A stretch of DNA of 63,690 nucleotides, counting the filler, from Olpidium bornovanus S191 (taxonomy: Eukaryota; Fungi; Olpidiomycota), in NCBI GenBank assembly GCA_017911155.1. It is 26 parts of 26 records of this genome, joined end to end, with 100 filler letters (N's around TTAATTAATTAA, not from the genome) between each part and the next. Parts side by side here need not be neighbours in the genome. Positions count along the whole stretch, not along the records: positions 49,011 to 52,706 come from JAEFCI010003875.1; positions 52,807 to 54,921 come from JAEFCI010000185.1; positions 55,022 to 56,062 come from JAEFCI010003668.1; positions 56,163 to 57,207 come from JAEFCI010000232.1; positions 57,308 to 58,847 come from JAEFCI010007662.1; positions 58,948 to 60,765 come from JAEFCI010012017.1; positions 60,866 to 62,367 come from JAEFCI010002438.1; positions 62,468 to 63,690 come from JAEFCI010009807.1; 18 more parts are not named here. One strand, given 5' to 3'. Under the pieces are notes generated by a model, which did not search any database, was not told the DNA's origin, and worked only from the letters and a program-made list of their open reading frames with translations. The number at the start of each line of letters is the position of its first letter. The stretch's first letter is position 1. Below are positions 50,860-62,736 of this stretch, piece by piece. Position numbers and translations under genes: made by a program.

Positions 50860-51223
50860 ATGGCAGCGCGGAAGGCGGTTGACCTTGTGGAAGCGGCCTC
50901 CAAAAAGTACGAGGAAGACGTTGCCCACAGGGAATGGCGGACGCCCAACGGCCCCGAGGTCGGCCGCGGCGGCGGCCGGGAGCCCAGGGCGGCCCCTTTG
51001 ACGGCCCCACCCGACCCAGAGCCGTCTGACCGCGGTCCGCCGCCGTCGGGCGGTGTTGGCGACCCTGTTGTGCCTAAGCGGGCGCCGCCACGGGCCGTCA
51101 TGGTGCCCAAACCCGGGATGCTCGCGTTCGCCCACAAGTGGAAATCGGACCCCACCAAGCCAAGGCAGTCACTGTACTACAGGTTGCTCAACGAGTGGCC
51201 GGCCTTCCTCGCCTTCGGCACCT
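50860..51223 (+). CDS. Unidentified first exon of a possible gene
   Basis: MAARKAVDLVEAASKKYEEDVAHREW..WKSDPTKPRQSLYYRLLNEWPAFLAFGT, ending at a GTAAGC donor. Confidence 0.3.
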
Positions 51224-53329
51224 GTAAGCTCCTTTCACTTTCCACAAGAGGAGGAATGAAAAAAGGAGGGAAGGAGGGAGGGAGGGGGAAGAGGTGGAGA
51301 GGCGGAGGGTGGGAAAAAGCCGGCCGCCTTGGCAAACTTTCTTCTTTTTTTGGTTTCATCAACGCTGGGAAACGACCTTGGCAGCGGCCCACGGCGGCAA
51401 ACGCGTTTCATTCGCTGCCGCGACGTTTCCCTACTTGCAACACGGGCGAACACGCCTTGAACTGCAGGCCGTGCAAGCGCCAGGCCGCAAAACGCCGCCG
51501 AACGCCGCTTCATGACCGTGTCACGCATACAGCGCTGTTTTCCACTCTAACGCAAGAACGTAAGCTCAAATCGTGCCTCGCCGTTTCCGATAACCCGAAC
51601 AGTTACGATGTTCATACCGCACGTGGCAAGGTTTCCATATGGATATCCGAGTTACTGGCAATTATTGGGATTCGCGACTGCTTACTGTACAGGAGGGTAC
51701 GTGAATTGGCTCGGAGCTGACGGTTTTCCGGAACTTGGCCGCTAATACACCATTCGCAACTCTCGCATGTCGCAATAGGCAGGTTCTTAATAACGGAGAC
51801 GTTGGATTCGGCTCCACATTGTTGACGGGTCCGTGTTGCCCTCCCGCAGTTTTTGTATCACAGCGAATTTTTGCACAGCGCGCCCGTGACCGGCCACCCT
51901 AATTCGCCCGACGCGCCGCGACGCAGCCGCCAGCCTTTTCCACGTCCGGTGCTTCGGCCCTCGCGCCCTCAAGTCCCAAGCGGTTACGCGTTACCCACTC
52001 TACCTCACGTACCTCGCGGCGGCCAACGCCGCGATATACGCGCCGGCGGCAATGAAGTACTCAGCGAGCCTCCTCACCCGGCGCGAGAGCCTCGTCCCGC
52101 GCGAAACAGTCAGACTCCTGACCGCGTGAACGGACGCTCCCGTCCGCGAGATCTCTCGGCGCGCGGTGGGTACCGACTGTGAATTCAGAGATAATTACGG
52201 CACCTCCGGCGGTGCGGGCGCAGCACCGCAGCCCGTTTGGTGCGAGGCCGGCCTTTCGCGCGCAATGAGTTTAGCCAAGGTTGTAATTGTTTTAATTTCG
52301 CATATCTGGGTGTCGTTTAAGGCCGCTGCCGCCAACGAGTGGACCAAGCGGAAGCTCCCGGCGGCGTTACGACGGGGCCCCCCATTTTTCTGCGAAAAAG
52401 TGACGATAGTCTGCAAGCGATAGTGCGACCTAGGACGGCTTTCGTGGGACGAAAAACGGATTAGCATCCAGGAGCATGCCGTCGATTCTGCGGTGTCTGC
52501 ATTCATGCATGCGAACGAACCGCAGACCGAGGTCTTATCCGCTTCACGTTGGCAAAGGTATATCGTATTTTGTACGTATTTTCGGCATGTGGAAATTCCA
52601 GCCTGCCTCCGCTTGAGCTCCGGGGTATCCCGCTTGTTGCGCCAGAATGGGGTTTAAAGATTTTCCCGAGATATAACCGGAAACAACGTTTTCCCGGCCG
52701 GACCGANNNNNNNNNNNNNNNNNNNNNNNNNNNNNNNNNNNNNNNNNNNNTTAATTAATTAANNNNNNNNNNNNNNNNNNNNNNNNNNNNNNNNNNNNNN
52801 NNNNNNCCATGGATTTGTGCAAATCTACAAGAAGCGTGAAACGTAAACTGGCGTGAAGCAGATTTTTGGTAGTTCACGGCGGGTCACCGTTGCACGCGGC
52901 AGCTTGCATCCCAAAGGCAGCCTGCGGTTTGCACACAGAAGGCACTCGATTTGCAGCGCTTCTGTGCCAAATCACGGCCCTGCACGTCGTTTTCCCTCCA
53001 AAAAGTTTAAAGGTGAGATCAGAGTCAACGACTTCCGGGCCCGGTGATTTTGCGAGCGTGTTTTGTTGGTTTTAGGGAGTGATATTGCCATTTTGGGCCG
53101 TGTTCTTGCTCGTTGTCGTTATCCTATCAGTCGGGAGTTATCCTTGCCCGCAAACATTGCTTCTCGGTAACGGCGCGGACGGCTTTCTAGCGGGGTACAT
53201 AATTTGCTTCAGAGGCGGCCGATCGGCGAAACAAATTGGGTCTCGGACTTGAAGGCGCGGACCGTTTTGTTCCAGCCGGTTACCCACCGGATCTTTCTCA
53301 GTTTTGAATCTTTCTGCATTAACTTGCAC

Positions 53330-53700
53330 TCCTGGCAGACTGGGAAATTCTCTTGCTCTTGTTCCCAATAGGCCCAGGTACTGGTCTAGTGGAGATTTGT
53401 CACTTTCAGGTCAGATTTGCCTAGGTTGGCGTTCGGCGTTGTAGTTGAGCTTCAGGTGGTGTGCCGTCGTTTTGGTGGCTCGGACTCGTTCGGAAAAATC
53501 CGCGCAAAAGGCCGCGGCGCGTCCCAGGGTCCGAATTTGATGCAGCAAACCGGTCTCTGCTGGAATCCGGGGGCTCATCAAACTTGGCGTATCTTGTTGC
53601 TGTCCCTCTCCCATTGGCGGGAACGAGCCAGCAATGTCCCCTTCCAGCCCCGTTTGCAAGCAGGCCTTGGCCCTTGAAACCGGCTTCCATCTCTTTCCGT
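53330..53700 (-). mobile_element. Probable degenerate Ty3/gypsy-type integrase remnant
   Basis: In order: GDIAGSFPP, KTTAHHLKLNYNAERQ (cf. TTAYHPQTNGQAER), DKSPLDQYLG (cf. G.SPFEL.YG); compressed and stop-interrupted. Confidence 0.4.
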
Positions 53701-55115
53701 CAGCTGGAACAGAAGCCATCGGTTGCCCAATTGAATGAAAATTTGGCACTTGCTGATGTTAGGCTTTCTTCCCGTGAGCAGCTCGAGTGTTATCCTCGAA
53801 TCATGTTCCTGTGGACTGCGGCGGTGGCCGCTTCAGCCCTTTTTTTCAGAGTCCTGACTTGCCACCAGCATTGCTCGTACCGAGTGTAGGACTATCCTGT
53901 TCTTGCGCTCTGCACTGCCAATTCTGCTGTGGACAGCCTAATGTCGATTCCATACCTTTGGAGGTATTCCAAGAGGTGTGTCGCAGCGGTGACCCGAGAT
54001 AGCGCAACAGGGCATTGTTCGCCGCGCGCAGCGAAGACAAGCCTAGATGTGCGGGGCTTTTGATGTTACCTGATCTAGCTTGGTGCTTCCCCCCACCGCC
54101 AAGGTCAACTTGAGGGTTTTTTCGTAATGCTTCCTTGCACCGCGATTGGCAGTTTGCTTAACTACCGGGTTTCGCCGCACTGAAGTTTTTTTTTTTTTTT
54201 TTTGCTGAAGTCTGCGCTTTGCATCGTCCAAATTGCACGCGGGATTCCGGCCCATCGGGCCTGCCATGCATTCGACTAGGGACTTAGCAGGTTTTTCACG
54301 GGGCCGGGCTGTGTGTGGTTTTTGTGCTTTGTAACGGGCGTCGTTTGCTCCGCCGTGCAATGTTACATTCAGCCGTTTCAGTTGAATTGCGCAATTTAGA
54401 GTATTTTTTTGCTTCACTCGCCGGACCGTCCTTTAGACGACCAAAGCTCCAGCAATTTTTTTTTCTTTTTTTTAATTTTTTTTTTCCAGTGCGCTGCCAG
54501 AACCCGAGGGTTCGGGGAGCGAACTGCGTTCTGCAGTAAGTAGGCCGGGTCGGAACGGTCGGCTCCCGCCGGGCTACCTCGCAGGTCGGAATCGCAGGCG
54601 CGAATTGCTGGCCGCGTAAGGGGAGCAGAAAGAACGCCCATGCAGCGTCGTCCTCTTGCGCGCACGCGCGGCGCAATGAATGCGGCCGCCGCAGCGCAGC
54701 GCAAAAGCGTGGCAGCGAAACGGTTGCCGCCTTTCCGCGCGCTACCGGTCTCGGCTGCGGGGTCCTCCGCGTCCCGTTCCCGCGCGCGCCTCCACCGCGA
54801 CCATGGGGGGTATCAACGGCTGGCGTCAGGCCAATGCACACGAGGGAAATGCGTTGGAAGGACCAAAAAGTCTCCCAATGGGACAGAGGCGTTTGAAATA
54901 AACCGTCTTTCGATGGCCTTANNNNNNNNNNNNNNNNNNNNNNNNNNNNNNNNNNNNNNNNNNNNTTAATTAATTAANNNNNNNNNNNNNNNNNNNNNNN
55001 NNNNNNNNNNNNNNNNNNNNNAGGAGCAGGTTCGACGACGGGTGAGCGGCATACGACGCGTCCGGGTATTCCGGGAAACCCCTCGGGGAAAGAGGATACA
55101 TTGAACTGCACGTAC

Positions 55116-55141
55116 CCGTTGATTCCGACCTTGACAACCAT
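55116..55141 (-). CDS. GPD: Glyceraldehyde-3-phosphate dehydrogenase, exon 1 only
   Basis: ATG GTT GTC AAG GTC GGA ATC AAC GG|GTACGT = MVVKVGING followed by an intron donor; the rest lies beyond the contig end. Confidence 0.75.
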
Positions 55142-55635
55142 GCACCCAACAACACAACGCACACGGCACGCACGAGCGCGAACAGCTCCCAGGTCCGCGC
55201 CTAAGAGAAGCGAAATTCGTTGCCGGCCAAATCGGCCCCGGAGGAGCCGAAGTCGCCAGAATAAAGTTGTTTTTTTTTTTTTCCTCGGGCCCGGGTATGC
55301 CTGGAACCAGCTTTATTTTTTATTTTTGTTTACTCCGTGGGAAGGGGGGAAAGAGCGGGGAGGAGGTGGCCACCTCAAGCGGGACAAATAGCCCAGAAAC
55401 GCGGCAAAAAGGCACCTTTCCCTGGGATAATATCACAATGTGTCGCTGCACATCCTCCCCCGGCTGGACATCTGTTCCGCCCAGGCACAATTCTGGCAAG
55501 GTCGAAAGGCGTTGTGCCTCCTGCCGGCCAACCGCGGTCTTGCGTCAATTAACAGCTTGCAGCTTGTCAGGAACCTCGGGATATGCGGCGTAACAGCCCT
55601 ATAAAAGTGGTCAATGATTCAGCTCAGTGCGAATA

Positions 55636-56061
55636 TTAATATAAACTAAACCTATTAATAATTGCGTCAAACATGGCGCTGATGGCCTGTACTGCCCGTC
55701 CCGGAATAACGAACTGAAGATAGTTTGCGCGGGGGTGGCATGACTCCTTGGGTTGCTTCATGAAAGCAGAATTGGAGACAACAAAAGCAAAAAGGTCTGT
55801 GGGGGCACCCAAAACTGTGACCATACGCGTAAACTCGTCCTGCCACATGGAAAATGTAAGCTCCGCCAATTCGTAATGCCCGTTGGGCCTGGGCCCAAAA
55901 ACCGAGGTGTATGCACGGATGCTTCTCCGAAACTCAAGTTCCCTGGGCGTCCTGGCTTGCCTGGAGTGCCGTAAGCGCTGACAGTGAGGGCGAGAGGGGG
56001 AGAGGTGGAGATGGATAGATTTCTCAGAGCATATTTCTGGATGTCCTTCCGCATAGCACAT
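55636..56061 (-). CDS. Orphan ORF fragment
   Basis: 141 aa open from the contig edge; protein-like distal half (GHYELAELTFSMWQDEFTRMVTVLGAP..AISAMFDAIINRF). Confidence 0.3.
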   Translation of the reverse strand: MCYAEGHPEICSEKSIHLHLSPSRPHCQRLRHSRQARTPRELEFRRSIRAYTSVFGPRPNGHYELAELTFSMWQDEFTRMVTVLGAPTDLFAFVVSNSAFMKQPKESCHPRANYLQFVIPGRAVQAISAMFDAIINRFSLY

Positions 56062-57386
56062 GNNNNNNNNNNNNNNNNNNNNNNNNNNNNNNNNNNNNNN
56101 NNNNNNTTAATTAATTAANNNNNNNNNNNNNNNNNNNNNNNNNNNNNNNNNNNNNNNNNNNNAAAGCCGCGGCGGGCGAAAAAAAAAAAAAAAAAAAAAA
56201 AGCGCGCGCGCCAGGCCCTCACGCTCGGCGCACGCTCGGCCGCGCCTGTCCTCGCCTCCCCGGGCCGTCTGCGGCGTTCGCAACCGATCCGCCGCGGGTG
56301 CGGGGTGCGGGAGCGGCGGGCGCACCCGCCTCTGCCTGGCTGGTAAACTTCATTCACCGCCTCCCCCCCCGGGGACCGGCGGGGCCGGCCGGCGCGAAAA
56401 CCTTCCCCCCCCCGCTCGGGCCCGCCCGGTGTTCTTCGCCCCAAGCCCCGGAGCGCAAGGCCCGCGAAAGTTTGTGCCCTCAGCGTGCCGCGCCGCCCGA
56501 AACGGCAAAGGAGAGTCCCGGGTTTGCGGCGTCCGCAGTATTATTCTTGCGTTCCATCTCGGAAACTGCGCTTGGTCCGGCGGAACGCCCGCGCGGCGCC
56601 GTTTTCCGAGTTTCCGCTGCCGAGCTTTCCGACCGCTGTCGCCCGCCCGCGTACAAATCTTGCGGCAGATGCTGTTCGGAAGAGAAGTGACAACCTGCGG
56701 CAGAATCCCCAGACCCCCCTGCCGCGCCGGGAAAACCCCGAAAAATTGCGTCTGGCGCGCAAAACGCCGGTCCCGCCTGTTCTCCGCGTGTACAGCGCAA
56801 GGAGCAAACTGGACCACTCTGCCGCTTTTTCCCGGCGTTTTTGGCGCAAGTTGCGCACGTTACAGAGTTTTATCGGGGGAATTTTTTTTCCAATTTTTTT
56901 TTTTTTTTCCGGGGGGTTTTTTTTTGGTTTTTTTTTCGTTTCGGTTTCGTTTTTGGTTTTTCTTTTAGTTTTTCTTTTAGTTTTCTTTTTTCCTTATCGG
57001 TTTTTTTACTTTTAGGTTATTTCTTTTCCTTTTCGGTTTTTTTTTTCGTTTCGGTTTTCTTTCGGTTCCTCTTTTTGTGTCGCTTTTTGTTATTATTATT
57101 GATTTTGCGCTGCCGCTTCGTCTCTCTCGGGAGCGTTTTCTTTCGAAAAGTCGGAGATCGCGGCAGTCTTCCGAAACCAAACAAAAACTCCTGTTTATTT
57201 CTACATGNNNNNNNNNNNNNNNNNNNNNNNNNNNNNNNNNNNNNNNNNNNNTTAATTAATTAANNNNNNNNNNNNNNNNNNNNNNNNNNNNNNNNNNNNN
57301 NNNNNNNTATAACTATAATAGTGTAAGTATAAGTGCCTAGGTGGTATAGGCAAATAGTTGCTAACTATTAATTGCAAATGCTTAAT

Positions 57387-57444
57387 GCTAAATGCTATAC
57401 ATCAGTTTAAATCTGATTTGTACTGTTCGAATCTTAATTTAGCC
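57387..57444 (+). pseudogene. Degenerate tRNA-like sequence (anticodon loop TTTAAAT, Leu-UAA-like) in an AT-rich patch
   Basis: GCTAAAT/ATTTAGC acceptor-like stem, ATCAG-TTTAAAT-CTGAT anticodon arm, GTTCGAATC T-loop; D arm absent and T stem poor. Confidence 0.35.
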
Positions 57445-57642
57445 TAGGGATAAATATTTAGGTTCCGTCGGTTCGAATCAGAATGCTGTGGCCCACGTGC
57501 GTTACATCTCGCGCAACGAGGTATTTGCTTCGCTGCTTAACGACGGACTCACTTACAGGTGCCGGCTGCTGTACCAGCCATTGCAGGAATATCTGTCGTA
57601 TTGCCTGACCCACTCTTGCCGGCGATCAGCTCTCGTAATTCC

Positions 57643-57717
57643 AGACGTGGATATAACAAGGCAGAACAAACATCCCTACTCGTTCGATGTTTGTTCTGCC
57701 TTGTTATATCCACGTCT
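57643..57717. repeat. Perfect 32-bp inverted repeat with 11-nt loop (hairpin / micro-MITE candidate)
   Basis: AGACGTGGATATAACAAGGCAGAACAAACATC-cctactcgttc-GATGTTTGTTCTGCCTTGTTATATCCACGTCT. Confidence 0.9.
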
Positions 57718-57742
57718 ATAATTCAGCACTCGGGGGGGGCAC

Positions 57743-57800
57743 GTGACTGCGTGTTAACGTGACTGCGTGTTAACGTGACTGCGTGTTGTGACTGCGTGCT
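57743..57800. repeat. Minisatellite GTGACTGCGTGTTAAC x2 plus two truncated units
   Basis: Units start at 57743, 57759, 57775 and 57788. Confidence 0.9.
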
Positions 57801-58049
57801 AGGCTGTAGGCTAATCGAATGTATACATTAACCTAATTCTGTGAATTTCCCCTTTAATTTCCACGTTTCTTTTTGCTTTAGTTCGCCCCCCCCCCCCCCC
57901 CTTCCTTTTCCTTTTTTCTTCTCGCGTGCGCATAAACCCCCCCCCCCAATGTCAAAATAAAAGGGGAGAACAGGGCCGAAGCCGAGATTGTCGTCGGGCA
58001 GTTAGGGCATGTCAAGGTGGGGGGAAGCTAAGTTCCGAGCGCTCACTGT

Positions 58050-58320
58050 GCCGTCAGGCTGGGAGCAAGAACGTCCGTTTGCGCGTCGACTGAGGTCGGA
58101 GGTATACTCGCCGCTGCGGTCTGCGCGGGGTATACGCAACCGTTTACCTGTAATGGTCTATAGGAGCGCAAGAAAATTTCGGAACTGGGTTAGCACCTCC
58201 ACGCTCTTTTTTGAAGGGATCGGAAAAAATTTGGCATAGCAGCTGTGGTGTTCGATGAAGCTGACGACGTATTTCTCGCCGCTTATGCCGAGTGGGAGCG
58301 GTGTCGGGCAATTTCTTGCC
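58050..58320 (-). mobile_element. Degenerate Ty1/copia integrase remnant
   Basis: PLGISGEKYVVSFIEHHSCYAKFFPIPSKKSVEVLTQFRNFLALL*TITGKRLRIPRADRSGEYTS, matching the copia rve pattern G..Y.VTFIDD.SR..K.KSEV..F..F....G..IK.LRSD.GGEY. Confidence 0.8.
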
Positions 58321-58947
58321 CGGGCGGCTGGGGCGCCCGAACGGGGCCCTTCGTTTCCCCCCCTCCCCCCACTCGTTCGAAAAACCCCGGAGCCCACCGA
58401 CAAAACACACCAAATAATAAACAAACAAAGGAATCTTCGAAGCGGGTAGCAAACGTTTGGTTCGGACGCCGTGCGACCGTGACCACCCTACGGTGGAGGG
58501 TTGGCGCGCTCCTCGGGTTCGAGAACCTCGGCTGGACGCCCGTAGGATCGAAAGCCCCTTCGAAGGCCTGCAGAGGGCGTGCGTGCTCGACAGCGGAGAA
58601 GTTCCTTGCCGCCCGTCAGCGATAAAGCCTCGGGCTATCCTCAACAGCAACCTGCGAACACACGTCGGGTTGAGTTAATACCCGACAGCGGGCCGACTAT
58701 GTCTGTGTGAACAAGATGCATAAGGCCATGCAGTCCCCGAGGGGGGTTTGGCGCAGCCTGGAGGGGTTTGACGCCACCGTAGCGGGCGTGCCGTGACACC
58801 CCCCCACCTTTTGGCTCCAAAAAAGTCTAAACAAGAATGGAGCACAANNNNNNNNNNNNNNNNNNNNNNNNNNNNNNNNNNNNNNNNNNNNTTAATTAAT
58901 TAANNNNNNNNNNNNNNNNNNNNNNNNNNNNNNNNNNNNNNNNNNNN

Positions 58948-60138
58948 CATGAGGAACGCGGCTAGGTGCCAAGAGAAAATTAACCGTAATTTTGAGAGCT
59001 CCGGAAATCTCTCAAAGCCAACGTCTAGACTTACCACGCCGCTCCTTCAGCGCAATCTTGTCGCAAACTTTGAATTCGATCTCATCCAGATGAGAAAGAG
59101 CGCGCTCGGTATCCCCAGATTCTTCGATGATCATGTTTTTATACAAAAGCATTTCGCTGTATTCGTACGAGAGTTGTGACACGCTCTCGTTCCACCTCTG
59201 CCGTCCCATGACGAACCGAGGCAATCTCAGTATGCTGTACCAGTCATCTTCCCCTCTCCCACACGGCCTTCCCCGAATCCGCACACCTTCATGACGCTTT
59301 CCGAAAGACTCAGAACGCTCTCCGCGGCCGCGTACTCCTTCAGAAGGTGCAAAGAGATCGCATATCCCGTCCAGTAGATACGGAAATTCGACCTGGACTT
59401 GAGTAGCGCGAGGCGAGTGTCCTGTCGAATAAAAAGCAGCACGCGCAGTCAGCGACAGCCAACTACGTAAAAGATAAGCAAACAGGATAAGACAGCGTCG
59501 ACGTACGGCGAGGCCTTCGTATTGCCGCATCTGCATTTGCAGCAACGAGTAATCTCGCAAAATTTGTTGATTTTGCTGCGAGGGATGCAGTGAACGGAGG
59601 TCACGACTACTGGAAACGTCGCACACGCGTCACAGCCGCGGGCGAACTCTTACCTTGTCATACTTTAGTGCGTGACTGTAGCACTTGGCAGCTTCCTCAT
59701 AGTTTTTGTCCGCCCGATGCAGCAACCCGTACACGTGCCAACCTGCAAGCACAGGTTTCCGTTCAGTCGTCAATCACCACCCTCCGCCTTGAACGCCTTC
59801 CTTCTCGCCGCCTGCGCCGTTACGTACATATATGACTTTGAAGGTCTTTAGTCAGCCCTTTCCGGACATACTGGTAACCTTCCTCTTTCTTGTCCAAGTT
59901 GCTCAGAAATAGTCCCTTCATCGCAAGGGTCTCTGCGACGTCGCACAAGAAGCATTAGAACTCGCATCTGACTGTGCGCATCCGGCAGAGAGGTCGCGAT
60001 TTCTTCACCTCCATGCTCAGGGAACTTCTTGAGAATCTGCTCCGAAAGCTTCAGGCCCTTTTTGTACTGCTTGTGCTCATAGTGCCGGAGGATGCTCTTA
60101 AAAATGCCAGACTCCCGTTGCGGTAATTCGCGGCCCAT
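58948..60138 (-). CDS. NAT1: NatA auxiliary subunit Nat1/Naa15, 5' part, multi-exon
   Basis: [43 protein letters not shown]|[64 protein letters not shown]. Confidence 0.95.
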
Positions 60139-60865
60139 CGGACAAGCGCAAATGTCCGCCGCACTGGTCGACCGGCGCGGGCTACGGGACGAAGGCGCCT
60201 GCAGCTGCACGCCGGAGAAAGACGGCGAGAAGTTTCCACCGTCACAACCAAACGGCGCTGCAGCTTCCTGCAGACGAGCGCACAGTCGTTTCGGAAAACG
60301 CAAACGCCCGCGCGGAAGCCAACGTTCCACCTCCCCGTACGGTAGTCTCCTGAACGCCGATGCCGAGGTGAGCGCAGACGGGGGAGGACTGCCAAAAGCG
60401 GAAACTTCGCGTTCCCGGCGTGACTTCGGGGGGTCCGCGAGGTGCTCGAGACGGCGGGAGCTGCGGTTGCGACCACCTGGGAGAAGGACGCCGCGAAGTA
60501 CGACAGCGGCGGCGCGCGGCAACGGTGCCGGGAACGTGCTTCCTAACGACGTGTTTTTCTTTTCGTCTTTTTTTTTTTTTTTTTTTTTTTTCCCTTCCTC
60601 TTCGGGGTTTTTTTAATGGTGCACGGGGGAAAAAACCATCTCCACCAGCCTCGCCAACCGCCGGCGAACAGGCGAAGGAATTCTCACCGAGGCGGCAGCG
60701 GGCGGAATGCTCCGCGCCCCGGATTCGACGTCTCCCAGGCTGGTTTCTTGAGCAACGCGGCAGAANNNNNNNNNNNNNNNNNNNNNNNNNNNNNNNNNNN
60801 NNNNNNNNNTTAATTAATTAANNNNNNNNNNNNNNNNNNNNNNNNNNNNNNNNNNNNNNNNNNNN

Positions 60866-60899
<34 letters not shown>

Positions 60900-60903
<4 letters not shown>

Positions 60904-61795
60904 AAGAGCGCGGGTAGAGCGTATCAGGAACAAGTGGATGTTGTAAGTTTGGGCAGCCGTCCAAGTGTCGAAGAGCCGGGAAAAGCGTTTCGCCATTCTG
61001 GATTAGAAAAAAAAGGAAAAGAAGTGGACGCACCGCGTTGCGTTCGAAAAAGAAAAACTCCAGGATCGCGTGAAGTTGCGGTTCGCGGAGAGCGTCCCAA
61101 CACGAGCCGGCCTCGGGGCCCGGGGTTTCTTCGCAAAAATCGCGGACCACCGCGGCGGCCTGCACCTCGTCTATTTCCGCGATCTCGCTGAGCTGGGCGG
61201 CCGCTTTCTGCTCGAATGGCGTCAGCGCGACCGCCGCCCGTTCGCCGTCGAACGGCTTGCCCGACTCCAGCCGCCGTTTCGACTCCGCGTTCGGCTTCCC
61301 GAAGGCGTCGAGGACGAGCCTCAGCGACGGCAGGGCGTCGTTCAGCGCCCTTTCGATCGCCTCGTTGGGATACAGAGCGGGATTCTCGAGAGCGTCGTAA
61401 AGGCCGCGTTTAGACCTGGCCGAACGTTTGGCACGTAAAAAAAAAAAAGAAACAAGGAAGCGGGGGGGGGACGGACGGCATTTTTTTAAAAAGGAGAGGG
61501 CGAAACACCGGCCGGGCGTTGCGCACGCGCCCATTTGGGGTGTTTGCAGCACCGCGGCACGCAGGCGCGGGCCGCCTTTTAGAGCGCCCCGCGCGGGGGG
61601 AAAACGCACCGCTTACCGCTGTGCTCTCGCCGTCAGCGTGGCCGGCGAGAAGCTCCTGCTTTTTGCGGCGGCGGCGGCCGACGCGTTGCGGCAGTCGGGT
61701 GCAGCGGCGGCGTTCCGCCTCCATTCGCCTCCGGTACCCGCCGCGCGACTGCTGCTGCCGGCCGGCCCGCCCGCTCGAGTTGCCGCGGCCACCAT
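60900..61795 (-). CDS. Nup188/Nup205-family nucleoporin N-terminus
   Basis: LRLVLDAFGKPNAESKRRLESGK..AAAQLSEIAEIDEVQAAAVV..HAILEFFFFERNA..QHPL resembles the Nup188 F.PP..S / LS..L.LDE / YY.ER..L..HPY pattern; phase-consistent GT-AG intron after exon 1. Confidence 0.65.
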
Positions 61796-62504
61796 TGCTG
61801 CTGCTGGTGCTTGGGGGACGGACTCCCTCCGGCGGGTGCGTCGGGTTTCCGGAGGGCGGCGGGGAGGGGGAGCGGCGGGCGGGGGCGGGAAGGAGAAAGG
61901 GAATTTTCCCGCCGCCCCTGTGGCCACACCCCCCCCCCCCCCCCCCCGCCCCCCCCCCCCCCCCCCCCCCCCGGGCGCTCCCACTTCCACCCCATATCGC
62001 GGCAGCAGCACAAAAAGTCCGTCCGTCGGACAGACGCTCGCCGCCAAGACGACCTGGCCCTGAACAGGAACAAGTCCCTGCCCCCAAATAAAAACGCCCA
62101 TTCCGCCGGGGGAAGCGGTGGGGTAGGCGGCGGTGACGCTGGCCATATCCACAACACTCAAAACTTTTTTTAGTTTAAAAAAAAAAAAAAAGAAAACGAA
62201 AAAAGAAAAGAAAGAAAGAAAAGAGGGTATACGATTGGGAACCTGTCATGGCGGCAACGTCATCGGGACGTCAGAAACGTGTTCCGATGCAGCCGGTGAC
62301 GACCCGCGAGAGGAAAACGACAGGGAAGACGACGACCTGATGCGCGAGAGGAAGCGCAGGCCGAGCCNNNNNNNNNNNNNNNNNNNNNNNNNNNNNNNNN
62401 NNNNNNNNNNNTTAATTAATTAANNNNNNNNNNNNNNNNNNNNNNNNNNNNNNNNNNNNNNNNNNNNGGGGGGGTGTGGGGGTGGGGGGGGGGGGGGGGG
62501 GGGT

Positions 62505-62546
<42 letters not shown>

Positions 62547-62736
62547 ACCCCGCGCGCGCGCGGCGTGTGGTGTGAGAATTTTTTTTATTGTTTTTTGAAA
62601 AAAAAAGGAACCACAAAAAAAAAAAAAAAGTAAAAATGAAACGAAGACATAGGCCGCTGGTGTCCAGGGAGGGAGGGACGGGGCGAATGCGGGACACGTA
62701 TTTACTAAAGGGGGGGCGCCCGACGCACATGCGTAC

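Noticed and set aside
56690-56760. FPARQGGLGILP resembling the post-RT LP.R.GGLG motif of non-LTR elements
   Set aside because: No RT motifs upstream in any frame.
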